A DNA stretch of 62,810 nt, filler included, from Thermodesulfobacteriota bacterium (GTDB lineage Bacteria; DASVDK01), in assembly GCA_036381125.1 (NCBI GenBank). It is 4 parts of 4 records of this genome, joined end to end, with 100 filler letters (N's around TTAATTAATTAA, not from the genome) between each part and the next. Parts side by side here need not be neighbours in the genome. Positions count along the whole stretch, not along the records: positions 1 to 5,747 come from DASVDK010000117.1; positions 5,848 to 20,892 come from DASVDK010000118.1; 2 more parts are not named here. One strand, given 5' to 3'. Below are positions 1 through 8,609 of this stretch, piece after piece (positions within the stretch are counted from its first letter, which is position 1; every line of letters starts with the position of its first letter). The position numbers and the translations under genes are program-made. The notes under the pieces were generated by a model, which worked only from the letters and a program-made list of their open reading frames with translations, made no database searches and had not been told where the DNA came from.

Positions 1-168
1 CTCTCCGGCGGGACCGATCGCGATGTCCCAGGCGGCGATCTCCCGGTCGGAGGGGGGGCGGCCGACCTCCGTCGTTCCGCTCTGCGGGCTCTCGCCGGCG
101 AAGGCGGCTGCCGCGCCGAGGGCGGCGGCGGCGACGATCGACCCGCTCCACGCGATCCGCCTAGACAT
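1..168 (-). CDS. soxD: SoxD-like c-type cytochrome, N-terminal part (runs off window start)
   Basis: ATG at 168 overlaps the soxC stop; translation MSRRIAWSGSIVAAAALAAAAAFAGE...GRPPSDREIAAWDIAIGPAGE is a signal peptide plus the GRxxxxxEIAAWDI N-terminus typical of SoxD-type cytochromes; heme motif not within window. Confidence 0.7.
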   Translation of the reverse strand, partial: MSRRIAWSGSIVAAAALGAAAAFAGESPQSGTTEVGRPPSDREIAAWDIAIGPAGE

Positions 169-1456
169 TGCTCACGCTCCCGTCGCTCGCGATGCGCCAC
201 GGCTGGACGCCGTTGTAGTGGTACACCGAGTGGGTCCCCCGGACGGCGACGAGCATGTCGCGCGGCGGCTGCACGTACCCGGTGGCGTCGATGCAGCGAG
301 AGGCGATCGTCGTCTCCGCCCCGTCCCAGGTCCAGGGGAGGCGGAAGCGGACGAGCGCGAGCGGGAGGATCGGCTCCTGGAGCCGGGAGGGGCGCCAGCT
401 CCGCCCGCCGTCGGTCGTCACCTCGACGGCGGCCACCGGCGCGCGTCCCGACCAGGCGAGCCCGGTGATCTCGTACGAGCCGGGCCCGGGGAGCCGCTGC
501 CGTCCCGACGGGAAGGTGATCACCGACTTCGCCTCCATCTCCATCGAGAACCGGCGCGCCGTCCCGTCCGGCATGAGGTCGGTGTACTTGGAGGTCTCCT
601 CCCGGGTGTAGTACGGCTCCCGCACCACCTTGAGCCGCCTGAGCCACTTGATCTGCGTGTTCCCTTCGAAGCCCGGCAGCACGAGCCGCAGCGGATAGCC
701 CTGCTCGGGGCGGAGCGCCTCGCCGTTCTGGCCGTAGGCGACGAGCGCGTCCCCCATGCACTTCTCGATCGGGATGCTCCGCGTCATGAGGGCGGCGTCG
801 GCTCCCTCGGCCACGACCCAGCGGGCCGCCGGGTCGAGGCCCACGTGCTCGAGGAGGGTGCGCAGCGGCACCCCGGTCCACTCGCTGCAGCTCACCAGCC
901 CGTGCGCCTGCTGGGCATCCGGCATGGTGGGCCTGGGCCACTCGGTGAGCGAGTTCCCCGAGCACTCGACGAAGTAGATCTGCGAGATCGAGGGAAAGCG
1001 ATGCAGGTCCGCCATGGTGAAGACCACCGGCCGCCTGACGAGACCGTGGATCATGAGGCGGTGCGCCCGCGGGTCGATGTCGGGGACGCCGGCGTGATGG
1101 CGCTCGAAGTGGAGCGCCGACGGCGTGATGATCCCGACGAGCGCGTGGAGCGGCGTGAAGGTCCACGACGACGTCGTGGTCGGGGTCGCGAACGGGACGC
1201 GGACGGCCGACTCGAACGTCGACCGCTCGCCGTACGGGCTCACGGGCCGGCCCTGCACCGCCCAGGGCAGCGGCCCGTCGGGCGCGCCCCACGGCCCCGC
1301 CGCGGTCGCGGGCGGCTCCGCGGAGCCCTGCGCGCCGGCCTGCGGCGCGGCGCCGGCCACCAGCGCCGCGCCGACCGCGGTCGACGCGCGCTTGAGGAAG
1401 GTCCGGCGGTCGAGGGGCGGGTGGCAGGGGCCGGCGGGCGCGTGTCGGTCGCGCAT
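161..1456 (-). CDS. soxC: Sulfite dehydrogenase molybdopterin subunit (SoxC/SorA-type), Tat-exported
   Basis: Tat motif DRRTFLK; TPLHALVGIITPSALHFERHHAG, ECSGN (Mo-ligand Cys), EWTGVPL, LRPEQGYPLRL, PGFEGNTQIKWL; true start is ATG 1456 inside the 161..2272 track ORF. Confidence 0.88.
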   Translation of the reverse strand: MRDRHAPAGPCHPPLDRRTFLKRASTAVGAALVAGAAPQAGAQGSAEPPATAAGPWGAPDGPLPWAVQGRPVSPYGERSTFESAVRVPFATPTTTSSWTFTPLHALVGIITPSALHFERHHAGVPDIDPRAHRLMIHGLVRRPVVFTMADLHRFPSISQIYFVECSGNSLTEWPRPTMPDAQQAHGLVSCSEWTGVPLRTLLEHVGLDPAARWVVAEGADAALMTRSIPIEKCMGDALVAYGQNGEALRPEQGYPLRLVLPGFEGNTQIKWLRRLKVVREPYYTREETSKYTDLMPDGTARRFSMEMEAKSVITFPSGRQRLPGPGSYEITGLAWSGRAPVAAVEVTTDGGRSWRPSRLQEPILPLALVRFRLPWTWDGAETTIASRCIDATGYVQPPRDMLVAVRGTHSVYHYNGVQPWRIASDGSVSNV

Positions 1457-1588
1457 GGTCACCTCGCGGCAACGGGTCCGGAACCGGCGGCGAGCAGGGC
1501 CCGTACCGTGCCGGCGTGAACCCTCGGGCGGTACCGGTGCAGCCGAAGCGGTACGGCTCCTGCTCGGGCGGTGCGAGGAGGTGTCCCC

Positions 1589-1924
1589 ATGCAGGCTCGA
1601 ATCGTGGCGCTCGCCGCCGTCGTGGCCCTGAGCGGTTTCGGCGCGGCCGAGGGGCGGAGCGGATCGCCGCAGCCGGACGCGCCGGACCGGGTGGACGACC
1701 CGGGACAGTCGGCCGGCAAGACGCAGACCGGCGGGGCCTTCGTGCTCGAGGGGGAGGTGAGCGACGAGGCGCTCGGCCGGTACGTCCAGGCGCTGCGCGA
1801 GATCCGCGCGATGGCCGAGCGGATCCGGCGGGACCCCTCGGTGCGGGAGCGGTACGCGCGGATCGCCCGCGGGCCGGCCGAGGCCGGACGCCCCGGCGCC
1901 TCCGACGCCGGCCCCGCCAGGTAG
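1589..1924 (+). CDS. Small secreted hypothetical protein
   Basis: GGAGG RBS at 1577-1581, ATG 1589, hydrophobic signal peptide MQARIVALAAVVALSGFGAAEG. Confidence 0.5.
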   Translation: MQARIVALAAVVALSGFGAAEGRSGSPQPDAPDRVDDPGQSAGKTQTGGAFVLEGEVSDEALGRYVQALREIRAMAERIRRDPSVRERYARIARGPAEAGRPGASDAGPAR

Positions 1925-2006
1925 CGCGACCGTACGCTCCCGCGCCGCTCGTCTTCGGGCCGGCTTCGCCCTACAATGCGCCCATCCGCCCTCCGAGGAG
2001 CGTCGC

Positions 2007-3551
2007 ATGTCCGAGTTCGCCCTGGCCGAGCTGGCCATCACCCTGCGTCCCGAGGACGACGTGGCGGTCGCCAAGACGGCGATCCGGGCCGGCACCGTCC
2101 TCGACGACGGCGGCACGCGCATCGAGGTCCGCGCCGACGTCCCGCCCGGGCACAAGATCGCCCGGCGCGCGGTGAAGGCCGGCGCGGCCGTCCGGAAGTA
2201 CGGCCAGGTCATCGGCTTCGCCACGGACGACATCCGGGCGGGCGACCACGTCCACGTCCACAACCTCGGCATCGGCGAGCTGCACCGGACGTACGAGGTC
2301 GGCGTCGACGTGCGGCCGGTCGACTACTACCCGCCCGACCGGATGCGGTACTTCGACGGCTACCGGCGCGACGACGGCCGGGTCGGCACGCGCAACTACG
2401 TGGCGATCGTCTCGGCGGTCAACTGCTCGGCCAGCGTGAGCCAGTTCGTCAAGGAGCGCTTCCGCGACGTCCGGAAGGACTACCCCAACATCGACGGCGT
2501 CCTGGCCATCACCCACAAGTCGGGCTGCGGCACCGAGCGCGGCGGCGAGGACCACATGGCGCTCCAGCGCGTCCTCGCCGGCTACGCCAAGCACCCGAAC
2601 GTCGCCGCGTACATCCTCATCGGGCTCGGCTGCGAGGTGAACCAGGCGGCCGAGATGGTGGAGCGCCAGAAGATGGCCGCACCGGGGCACCCGGAGCGAA
2701 AGCCCTTGATCATCAACATCCAGGAGGCGGGCGGCATCCGGAGGACGGTCGAGCGGGCGACGGCCGAGGTGGCGAAGCTCCTGCCGATGGCCAACGACGT
2801 CCGGCGTACGCGGCAGCCGATCTCCGAGATCGTCCTGGCCACGAACTGCGGCGGCTCGGACGGCAACTCGGGCATCACCGCCAACCCCGCCCTCGGCTGG
2901 GCCGTCGACGAGCTGGTGCGGTACGGCGGCACGGGCGTGCTCGCGGAGACGCCCGAGATCTACGGCGCCGAGCACCTGCTGATCCGCCGGGCCGTCAGCA
3001 ACTCGGTCGCCCAGAAGCTCCTCGACCGATACCGGTGGTGGGAGTGGTACTGCCGGGGCATCGAGAAGATGGACAACAACCCGGCTCCGGGCAACAAGGC
3101 GGGGGGCCTCACGACCGTCTTCGAGAAGTCGCTCGGCGGCGTGGCCAAGGGGGGCACCACCCCCATGCAGGACGTCGTGCTCTACGGCGAGCCGATCACG
3201 AAGAAGGGCTTCGTCTTCATGGACACGCCGGGCCACGACCCGGTCTCCGTCACCGGCCTCGTGGCCGGCGGCTGCAACGTCGTCTGCTTCACCACCGGGC
3301 GAGGCTCCGTCTTCGGCTGCAAGCCGACCCCCTCCATCAAGATCGCCACGAACTCCCTCGTGTACCGGCACCTCGAGGAGGACATGGACATCGACGCCGG
3401 GGTGATCCTCGAGGGGACGCCGCTGCCGGTGGTGGGCCGGCAGATCTTCGAGGAGATCATCGCGGTCGCCTCCGGCAAGCGGACGAAGAGCGAGCTGGCC
3501 GGCGTCGGCGAGGAGGAGTTTGCCCCGTGGATCATCGGCCCGGTGATGTAG
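2007..3551 (+). CDS. UxaA/GarD-family sugar-acid dehydratase (SAF + GD_AH domains)
   Basis: PGHKIA...KYGQVIG...HVHVHN SAF domain; GTRNY, HKSGCG, LGCE, CGGSD, NPAPGNKAGGLTT, FTTGRGS motifs; RBS GAGGAG. Confidence 0.92.
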   Translation: MSEFALAELAITLRPEDDVAVAKTAIRAGTVLDDGGTRIEVRADVPPGHKIARRAVKAGAAVRKYGQVIGFATDDIRAGDHVHVHNLGIGELHRTYEVGVDVRPVDYYPPDRMRYFDGYRRDDGRVGTRNYVAIVSAVNCSASVSQFVKERFRDVRKDYPNIDGVLAITHKSGCGTERGGEDHMALQRVLAGYAKHPNVAAYILIGLGCEVNQAAEMVERQKMAAPGHPERKPLIINIQEAGGIRRTVERATAEVAKLLPMANDVRRTRQPISEIVLATNCGGSDGNSGITANPALGWAVDELVRYGGTGVLAETPEIYGAEHLLIRRAVSNSVAQKLLDRYRWWEWYCRGIEKMDNNPAPGNKAGGLTTVFEKSLGGVAKGGTTPMQDVVLYGEPITKKGFVFMDTPGHDPVSVTGLVAGGCNVVCFTTGRGSVFGCKPTPSIKIATNSLVYRHLEEDMDIDAGVILEGTPLPVVGRQIFEEIIAVASGKRTKSELAGVGEEEFAPWIIGPVM

Positions 3552-4263
3552 GGCCCCCGGCCGGGGGACAGACGACCCTCGCGAGCCGCCGCGGCGCCGA
3601 GTAGACCGCCGCGTGGGCCACGCCCGGCAGCTCCACGAGCCGCCCGCGGGGCAGCAGGCGCGACGCCGTCTCCGCCCATCGTCTCGACACGAGCGGATCG
3701 CGGCTCCCCCGGACGACCACCGTCGGTGCCGTCACGCGGGTGAGCGTATCGGCCATCGGATGCCGAAGCGCGTGCCGGAAGGTCTGCCACAGGCGGGCCG
3801 GGCCGCACCTCAGGTAGTCGCCGACGACGAGCGGGACGAGCCCCGGCGGCTCGCGCAGCGCGTCGAGGAGGAGCCTGGCGATCTGTCCGACAGCCGTCCG
3901 GGCGCACGGGTCGATCGTCGGCCCGTTCAACACCGCCCGCGTCACGCGTGCCGGCTCGCCGGCCGCCAGCTCCGCGATCACCTGGCACCCCATCGAGTTG
4001 CCCACGAACGTGGCCGGTCCGATGCGGGCGGCGTCGAGGAAGCCGGCGAGGGCCGCGGCGAGTTCCGGCACGTCGAGCGGGCGACCGGGCGGCGCCGGGC
4101 TCGCGCCGAAGCCCGGCAGGTCCGGCGCGTAGACGCGCGCGCGGAGGGCCAGGCGGTCGCCGAGCGGGCGCAGGTAGCGGTGCGACACGCCGAGGCCGTG
4201 AACGAGGACGACGGCGGGCGCGCCGCGCGGCGCGAGGTCGAGCCACGCCTCGGCGTGCAGCAT
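3532..4263 (-). CDS. Alpha/beta hydrolase
   Basis: VLVHGLG, PDLPGFG, GNSMG nucleophile elbow, C-terminal His (GVAH); start uncertain. Confidence 0.8.
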   Translation of the reverse strand: MLHAEAWLDLAPRGAPAVVLVHGLGVSHRYLRPLGDRLALRARVYAPDLPGFGASPAPPGRPLDVPELAAALAGFLDAARIGPATFVGNSMGCQVIAELAAGEPARVTRAVLNGPTIDPCARTAVGQIARLLLDALREPPGLVPLVVGDYLRCGPARLWQTFRHALRHPMADTLTRVTAPTVVVRGSRDPLVSRRWAETASRLLPRGRLVELPGVAHAAVYSAPRRLARVVCPPAGGPTSPGR

Positions 4264-4367
4264 GACGCGCGCAGGGTAGCGCGCCGCTTCGGCCCGCTTG
4301 ACCCCCCGGCGTGGCCCCGCTACGCTGGCCTGACGCCGTTGCCTGCACAACCAACGTGCGAGGGGCC

Positions 4368-5462
4368 ATGCCGACAGCGCCGGTCGACCCCGCGACGCTC
4401 CATCGCGACGCGATCGTCGTCGAGCTGCACGCCGACGTGCCGATCGACGTCATCGATCGCCGTCGCCGGCGAGAGACGCAGGTCCTGCTCCGCCGGCACC
4501 TGCCGCGCTGGCGCGCGGGTGGGGTCAAGGCGGCGGTCCTGACCGTGGGCGGCGACCAGCCGTCGCACCAGCAGCTCGACCCCGGAGACCCGTTCCGCGC
4601 GGCGATGCTGCAGATCGCCGAGCTCCGCCAGGACATTCGCGAGAGCGATGGGGCCATCGTCCCGGCGACCTCGCCGGCGGCGATCCGCGCCGCCGCGGCC
4701 GAAGGCCGCTTCGCCGTCTTCTTCAACCTCGAGGGGGTGGCCCCCCTTCGCGGCAGCCTCGGCGCGCTCGACCTCTTCGGCGAACTCGGCGTCCGCGCCG
4801 TGCAGCTCACCTGGAACCTGCGCAACGAGGCGGGCGACGGCGTGGCCGAGGACTCGGGCGCGCGGCTCACCCGCTTCGGCCGCAGCCTGATCGCCCACGC
4901 CAACCGGACCGGCATCCTCCTCGACGGCTCGCACATGGGGGCGGGCGGCTTCTGGGACCTCGCCGAGCACGCCACCCGGCCCTTCGTCTGCTCGCACTCG
5001 AACGCCGCCGCGCTCCGGCCGCACCGCCGCAACCTCGACGACCGGCAGGTCGAGGCGGTGGCCCGCGCGGGCGGCCTGGTCGGCGTGGCCTGCTACCCGG
5101 CCTTCCTGACCGACGGCGAGGCGACGCTCGAGCACGTGCTCGACCACGTGGAGCACCTCCTGCGCGTCGCCGGGCCGGGGCACGTCGGCTTCGGCCCCGA
5201 CTACGTGGACTACGCCGAGGCGATCGTCCACGCGGCGCTCGAGACGGCCGGCGGCCTCTACGGCGCGCCGCGCAGCTATCCGGCCGGCCTCGGGCGGATC
5301 GAGGAGACGCCCAACCTCACCGCCGGCCTCCTCGCGCGTGGGCACGGGCCCGACGTCGTCCGCGGCGTGCTCGGGGAGAGCTACCTGCGCGTCCTCGATG
5401 CCGTGCAGGCGCCCTCGGCGTCGGCCGGGACCGGGCCGGCGGCCGCCGACCGATCCGGCTGA
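4368..5462 (+). CDS. Membrane dipeptidase (peptidase M19 family)
   Basis: ELHAD, NLEG, QLTWN, LLDGSH, CSHSN, RNLDD, GFGPDY motifs. Confidence 0.88.
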   Translation: MPTAPVDPATLHRDAIVVELHADVPIDVIDRRRRRETQVLLRRHLPRWRAGGVKAAVLTVGGDQPSHQQLDPGDPFRAAMLQIAELRQDIRESDGAIVPATSPAAIRAAAAEGRFAVFFNLEGVAPLRGSLGALDLFGELGVRAVQLTWNLRNEAGDGVAEDSGARLTRFGRSLIAHANRTGILLDGSHMGAGGFWDLAEHATRPFVCSHSNAAALRPHRRNLDDRQVEAVARAGGLVGVACYPAFLTDGEATLEHVLDHVEHLLRVAGPGHVGFGPDYVDYAEAIVHAALETAGGLYGAPRSYPAGLGRIEETPNLTAGLLARGHGPDVVRGVLGESYLRVLDAVQAPSASAGTGPAAADRSG

Positions 5463-5477
5463 GGGGCCCGGCCGGCG

Positions 5478-5747
5478 ATGGGCCTGCGACCGACGATCCT
5501 CGCCCGTGACTGGCTCGTGACGACCGAGCACTACCTCTCGGCGCAGGCCGCGGCCGCCGTCCTCGGCGCGGGCGGGACCGCGGCCGACGCGGCGGTCGCC
5601 GCGATCCTCGCCGAAGGGGTCGTGAACCCCCACATGCACACGCTCGGCGGCGAGGTGGTCGCGCTCGTCCACGCCGGCGGGCGCGTCGAGGCGCTGAACG
5701 GCCACACCCGCGCGCCGCTCGGCCTGACGCTCGAGCGCTGCCGCGCC
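5478..5747 (+). CDS. ggt: Gamma-glutamyltransferase family protein, 5' fragment truncated at contig end
   Basis: HYLSAQAAAAVLGAGGTAADAAVAA...VVNPHMHTLGGE...ALNG is a GGT N-terminus. Confidence 0.75.
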
Positions 5748-5847
5748 NNNNNNNNNNNNNNNNNNNNNNNNNNNNNNNNNNNNNNNNNNNNTTAATTAAT
5801 TAANNNNNNNNNNNNNNNNNNNNNNNNNNNNNNNNNNNNNNNNNNNN
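5748..5847. other. Artificial contig-joining spacer
   Basis: 44 N + TTAATTAATTAA (stops in all six frames) + 44 N. Confidence 0.98.
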
Positions 5848-7182
5848 GACGACGACGACGTCGAGCGTGGCCCCCGGCCGCTTGAGCTTGAGCCAGGCGC
5901 GGCCGCGCGTGCCGGGGAGGTAGGGCGACGAGGGGTCCTTGACCATGAGCCCCTCGTTGCCGCGAGCCCGGGCCTCCTCGAACCGCCGATCGAGGCGGGC
6001 CGCCGCGTCGTCGGCGCGCGTCTCGACCGGGTCGGCCGGGGAGAGGAAGAGCGGCGGCGAGAGCGGCAGCGCGGCCAGGCGCGCCCGCCGGGCCTCGAGC
6101 GGGGCGTCGAGCAGCGACCCGCCGGCGTCGATCAGGCAGTCGAAGGCGACGTAGACGACCGGCACCTCGCGCACGAGCGCCTCGGTCACGGCCTTGCGGC
6201 CGAGGCGCCGCTGGAGCTGACCGAAGGGGAGGGCCCGGCCGTCGCGCCACGCGAGCACCTCGCCGTCCAGGATGAGCGGCCCCGGCAGGCGCGCCAGGGC
6301 GGTCGCGACCTCCGGGAAGCGGCCGGTCACGTCCTCGAGGCGCCGCGAGAAGAGCGCCACGCGACCGTCGGCGCCCACGTGGGCCGTCGTGCGGACGCCG
6401 TCGAGCTTGTCCTCGACGAGCGCCGCGCCGTCGATCCGCCGCAGGGCATCGGCCGCATCGGCCGCCGGCGTGGCGAGCATGACCGACGTGGGCCGGAAGA
6501 GGACCGGGGCCGCCTCGTCGAGCCGGCCCGCCTTCGCGAGACGCGCCGCCTCGCCCACGTCGCCGCCGAGGAGCATCGCCGCGCGCTGGATGGCGGCGAG
6601 CGGCGCGCCGAAGGCGACGCCGAGCGCCTCCTCCACGAGGCGCTGCTTGAGGCCGATCCGGAGGTCGCCCCCCGCGATCTTGAGGAGGTACTTCGCCTCG
6701 GCCGGCGAGGCGCGGTGCAGGAGCGCGCCGAAGCGGGCGGCCCTGGCGCCCGGACCGCGGGCGGCCGCGATCCGGTCGAAGGCGGCGCGGGCGTCGAGCA
6801 GCGCGACGCCGGTCGGCGCCGCGTGCGGGGCTTCGGCCCGCTCCCCCCGGCGGCTCGCCTCGGCGGCGGCGCTCGCCGCCTCCCGGCGTCCGGCGAGCAG
6901 CCGTTCCGCGGCCGAGCCGAGGTCGCCCGTCCTGAGCGTCTCGGCGTCGATGGCGGCGGGGTCGAGCGCGGCGGCGCCGGCCAGGGCGGCCCTGAGACCG
7001 GCGTACCCCAGGCCGAGGCTCCTCGGGTCCCAGGGCGGGAACGGGCGCCCGGCGAGGAAGGTGCAGGCGACCGGCAGCGAGGCGTCGTCGAGCGAGGCGA
7101 GGTAGGCCACGAGCGCCGCCCGCTTGGCCAGGCGGGAGCGCGTGGCGCCCACCGCCTCGCACGCGGCGGCGAAGGCACGCAT
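5848..7182 (-). CDS. lig: ATP-dependent DNA ligase, 3' end truncated by contig break
   Basis: Motif I EDKLDGVR, LFSRRLEDVT, ILDGEV, AFDCL, EGLMVKDP, YLPGTRGRAWLKLKR. Confidence 0.93.
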
Positions 7183-7230
7183 GCGAGAGATTGTAGAGGC
7201 CGGTCGGGCCGTCGCGGGGGCCGGAACGTC

Positions 7231-7259
7231 TTGTCCCGACCGGCGCGATCGGCTAGAGT
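7231..7259 (+). promoter_or_regulatory. Candidate sigma70 promoter of the grd-like operon
   Basis: TTGTCC (7231-7236), 17 nt spacer, TAGAGT (7254-7259), 80 nt upstream of ATG 7339. Confidence 0.5.
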
Positions 7260-7282
7260 GGCCCTGCGTCGCGAGAAAAACG

Positions 7283-7303
7283 GCGTTTCTCTACGAGAAA
7301 CGC
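7283..7303. promoter_or_regulatory. Perfect inverted repeat, candidate IclR operator
   Basis: GCGTTTCTC-TAC-GAGAAACGC between the predicted promoter and first gene; operon encodes an IclR protein. Confidence 0.6.
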
Positions 7304-7338
7304 GTCGGGCCCTCTCGAGGGGCAGGTGGAGGCAGGCG

Positions 7339-8607
7339 ATGCGTCTCGACGTCGCGTCCTTCCCGGTACGACGCGCCGAGCTCGGCGCGCGGACCCGCTA
7401 TGCGGACGGGGTCCTCACGATCGGCGTCGAGGCGGTGCGGTCGCTCGTCCTCCAGGACCCACGCGTTCGCGACGTCCGGCTCGAGGTCGTCCACCCGGGC
7501 GACTCGGCGAGGGTCCTGCGCCCCCTCGACGCGATCGAGCCGCTCCGCAAGGTCGAGGGACCCGGCAGCGCGTTCCCGGGGTTCAACGGCCCGCCCCACA
7601 CCTGCGGGCGCGGCCGGACCCACCGGCTCGAGGGGTTCTCGGTGGTCGAGGTCGCGGAGTTCCCGTTCCCGGCGAGCGGCGTGCAGGCCGTCGAGGAAGG
7701 GATCATCGAGATGACCGGACCCGGGGCCGCCTACGCCGGCTGCGCCGATCGCGTGAACCTGCTCCTCGTCTGCACGCCGGGACCGGCGTCGAGCAACGAC
7801 GACTACGACGACGCGGTCCGGCGCGCGGGGCTTCGGGTCGCCGACCACCTGGCCGGGGCGACGATCGGCCTCGAGCCGGTCCGCGTGGAGCGCTTCGAGC
7901 TCGCCGGCGTGCGGCCCGGCCTGCCCCGGGTGGTCTGGGTCCACCAGGTCAGGAACCAGGGGCCGATGGTGCGCACGTTCCTCTACGGTCACGAGATGGC
8001 GAACCTCGTGCCGACGGTGCTCCACCCGAACGAGCTGCTCGACGGCGCGCTGGTGGGCGCCAACTACAAGACCGGCACCAAGACGCCGACTTACATGCAC
8101 ACCCGCCACCCGTCCCTCGAGTCGCTCTACGCGCGGCACGGGCGGGACCTCGAGTTCGTCGGCGTCGTCGTCTCCCGGGGGCACCACGAGAACGAGTTCC
8201 TCAAGGAGCGCTCCGCGCACTTCGTGGCGAAGCTGGCCGGCATGCTCCGCGCGGACGGGGCGCTCTGCACGTACGAGGCGACGGGGAACACCCACGTGGA
8301 CTTCATGCTGACGGTGCAGGCGCTCGAGCGAGCGGGGATCCGGACCGGGGCGGTCGTGCACGAGTACGGCGGGCCGGAGGGGACCGACGCCCCGCTCGTC
8401 GACTTCGCGCCGGAGGCGATCGCCCTCGCCAGCAGCGGCGGCATCGATCGGCGCATCCGCCTGCCGGCGGTCGAGCGGCTCATCGGCGGGACCCACCTGG
8501 CGCACCGCGGCATCCCGGCCGGGGGGGAGATCGAGGTCAGCATCCAGGAACTGTACGCGGTGACGGCCGAGATGAACCGTCGCGGCGTCGTGGCGCAGGA
8601 ATACTAG
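7339..8607 (+). CDS. Glycine/sarcosine/betaine reductase component B proprotein-type subunit (GrdE/GrdG/GrdI family), lacking the pyruvoyl-forming Cys
   Basis: GGAGG RBS; DAIEPLRKV, GRGRTHRLEG, IIEMTGPGA, TFLYG, PTVLHPNELLDGA, YARHGRDLEFVGVV; 422 aa; directly upstream of grdB-like gene. Confidence 0.88.
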   Translation: MRLDVASFPVRRAELGARTRYADGVLTIGVEAVRSLVLQDPRVRDVRLEVVHPGDSARVLRPLDAIEPLRKVEGPGSAFPGFNGPPHTCGRGRTHRLEGFSVVEVAEFPFPASGVQAVEEGIIEMTGPGAAYAGCADRVNLLLVCTPGPASSNDDYDDAVRRAGLRVADHLAGATIGLEPVRVERFELAGVRPGLPRVVWVHQVRNQGPMVRTFLYGHEMANLVPTVLHPNELLDGALVGANYKTGTKTPTYMHTRHPSLESLYARHGRDLEFVGVVVSRGHHENEFLKERSAHFVAKLAGMLRADGALCTYEATGNTHVDFMLTVQALERAGIRTGAVVHEYGGPEGTDAPLVDFAPEAIALASSGGIDRRIRLPAVERLIGGTHLAHRGIPAGGEIEVSIQELYAVTAEMNRRGVVAQEY

Positions 8608-8609
8608 CG

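Noticed and set aside
1-1456. Complete Sox thiosulfate-oxidation pathway
   Set aside because: Only soxC/soxD-type genes are visible; soxXYZAB are not upstream and the downstream side is outside the window
5748-5847. TTAATTAATTAA motif flanked by N runs (also 20893-20992 and 48801-48900)
   Set aside because: Identical 100-bp artificial spacer with six-frame stops; not biological, and flanking genes are not neighbours
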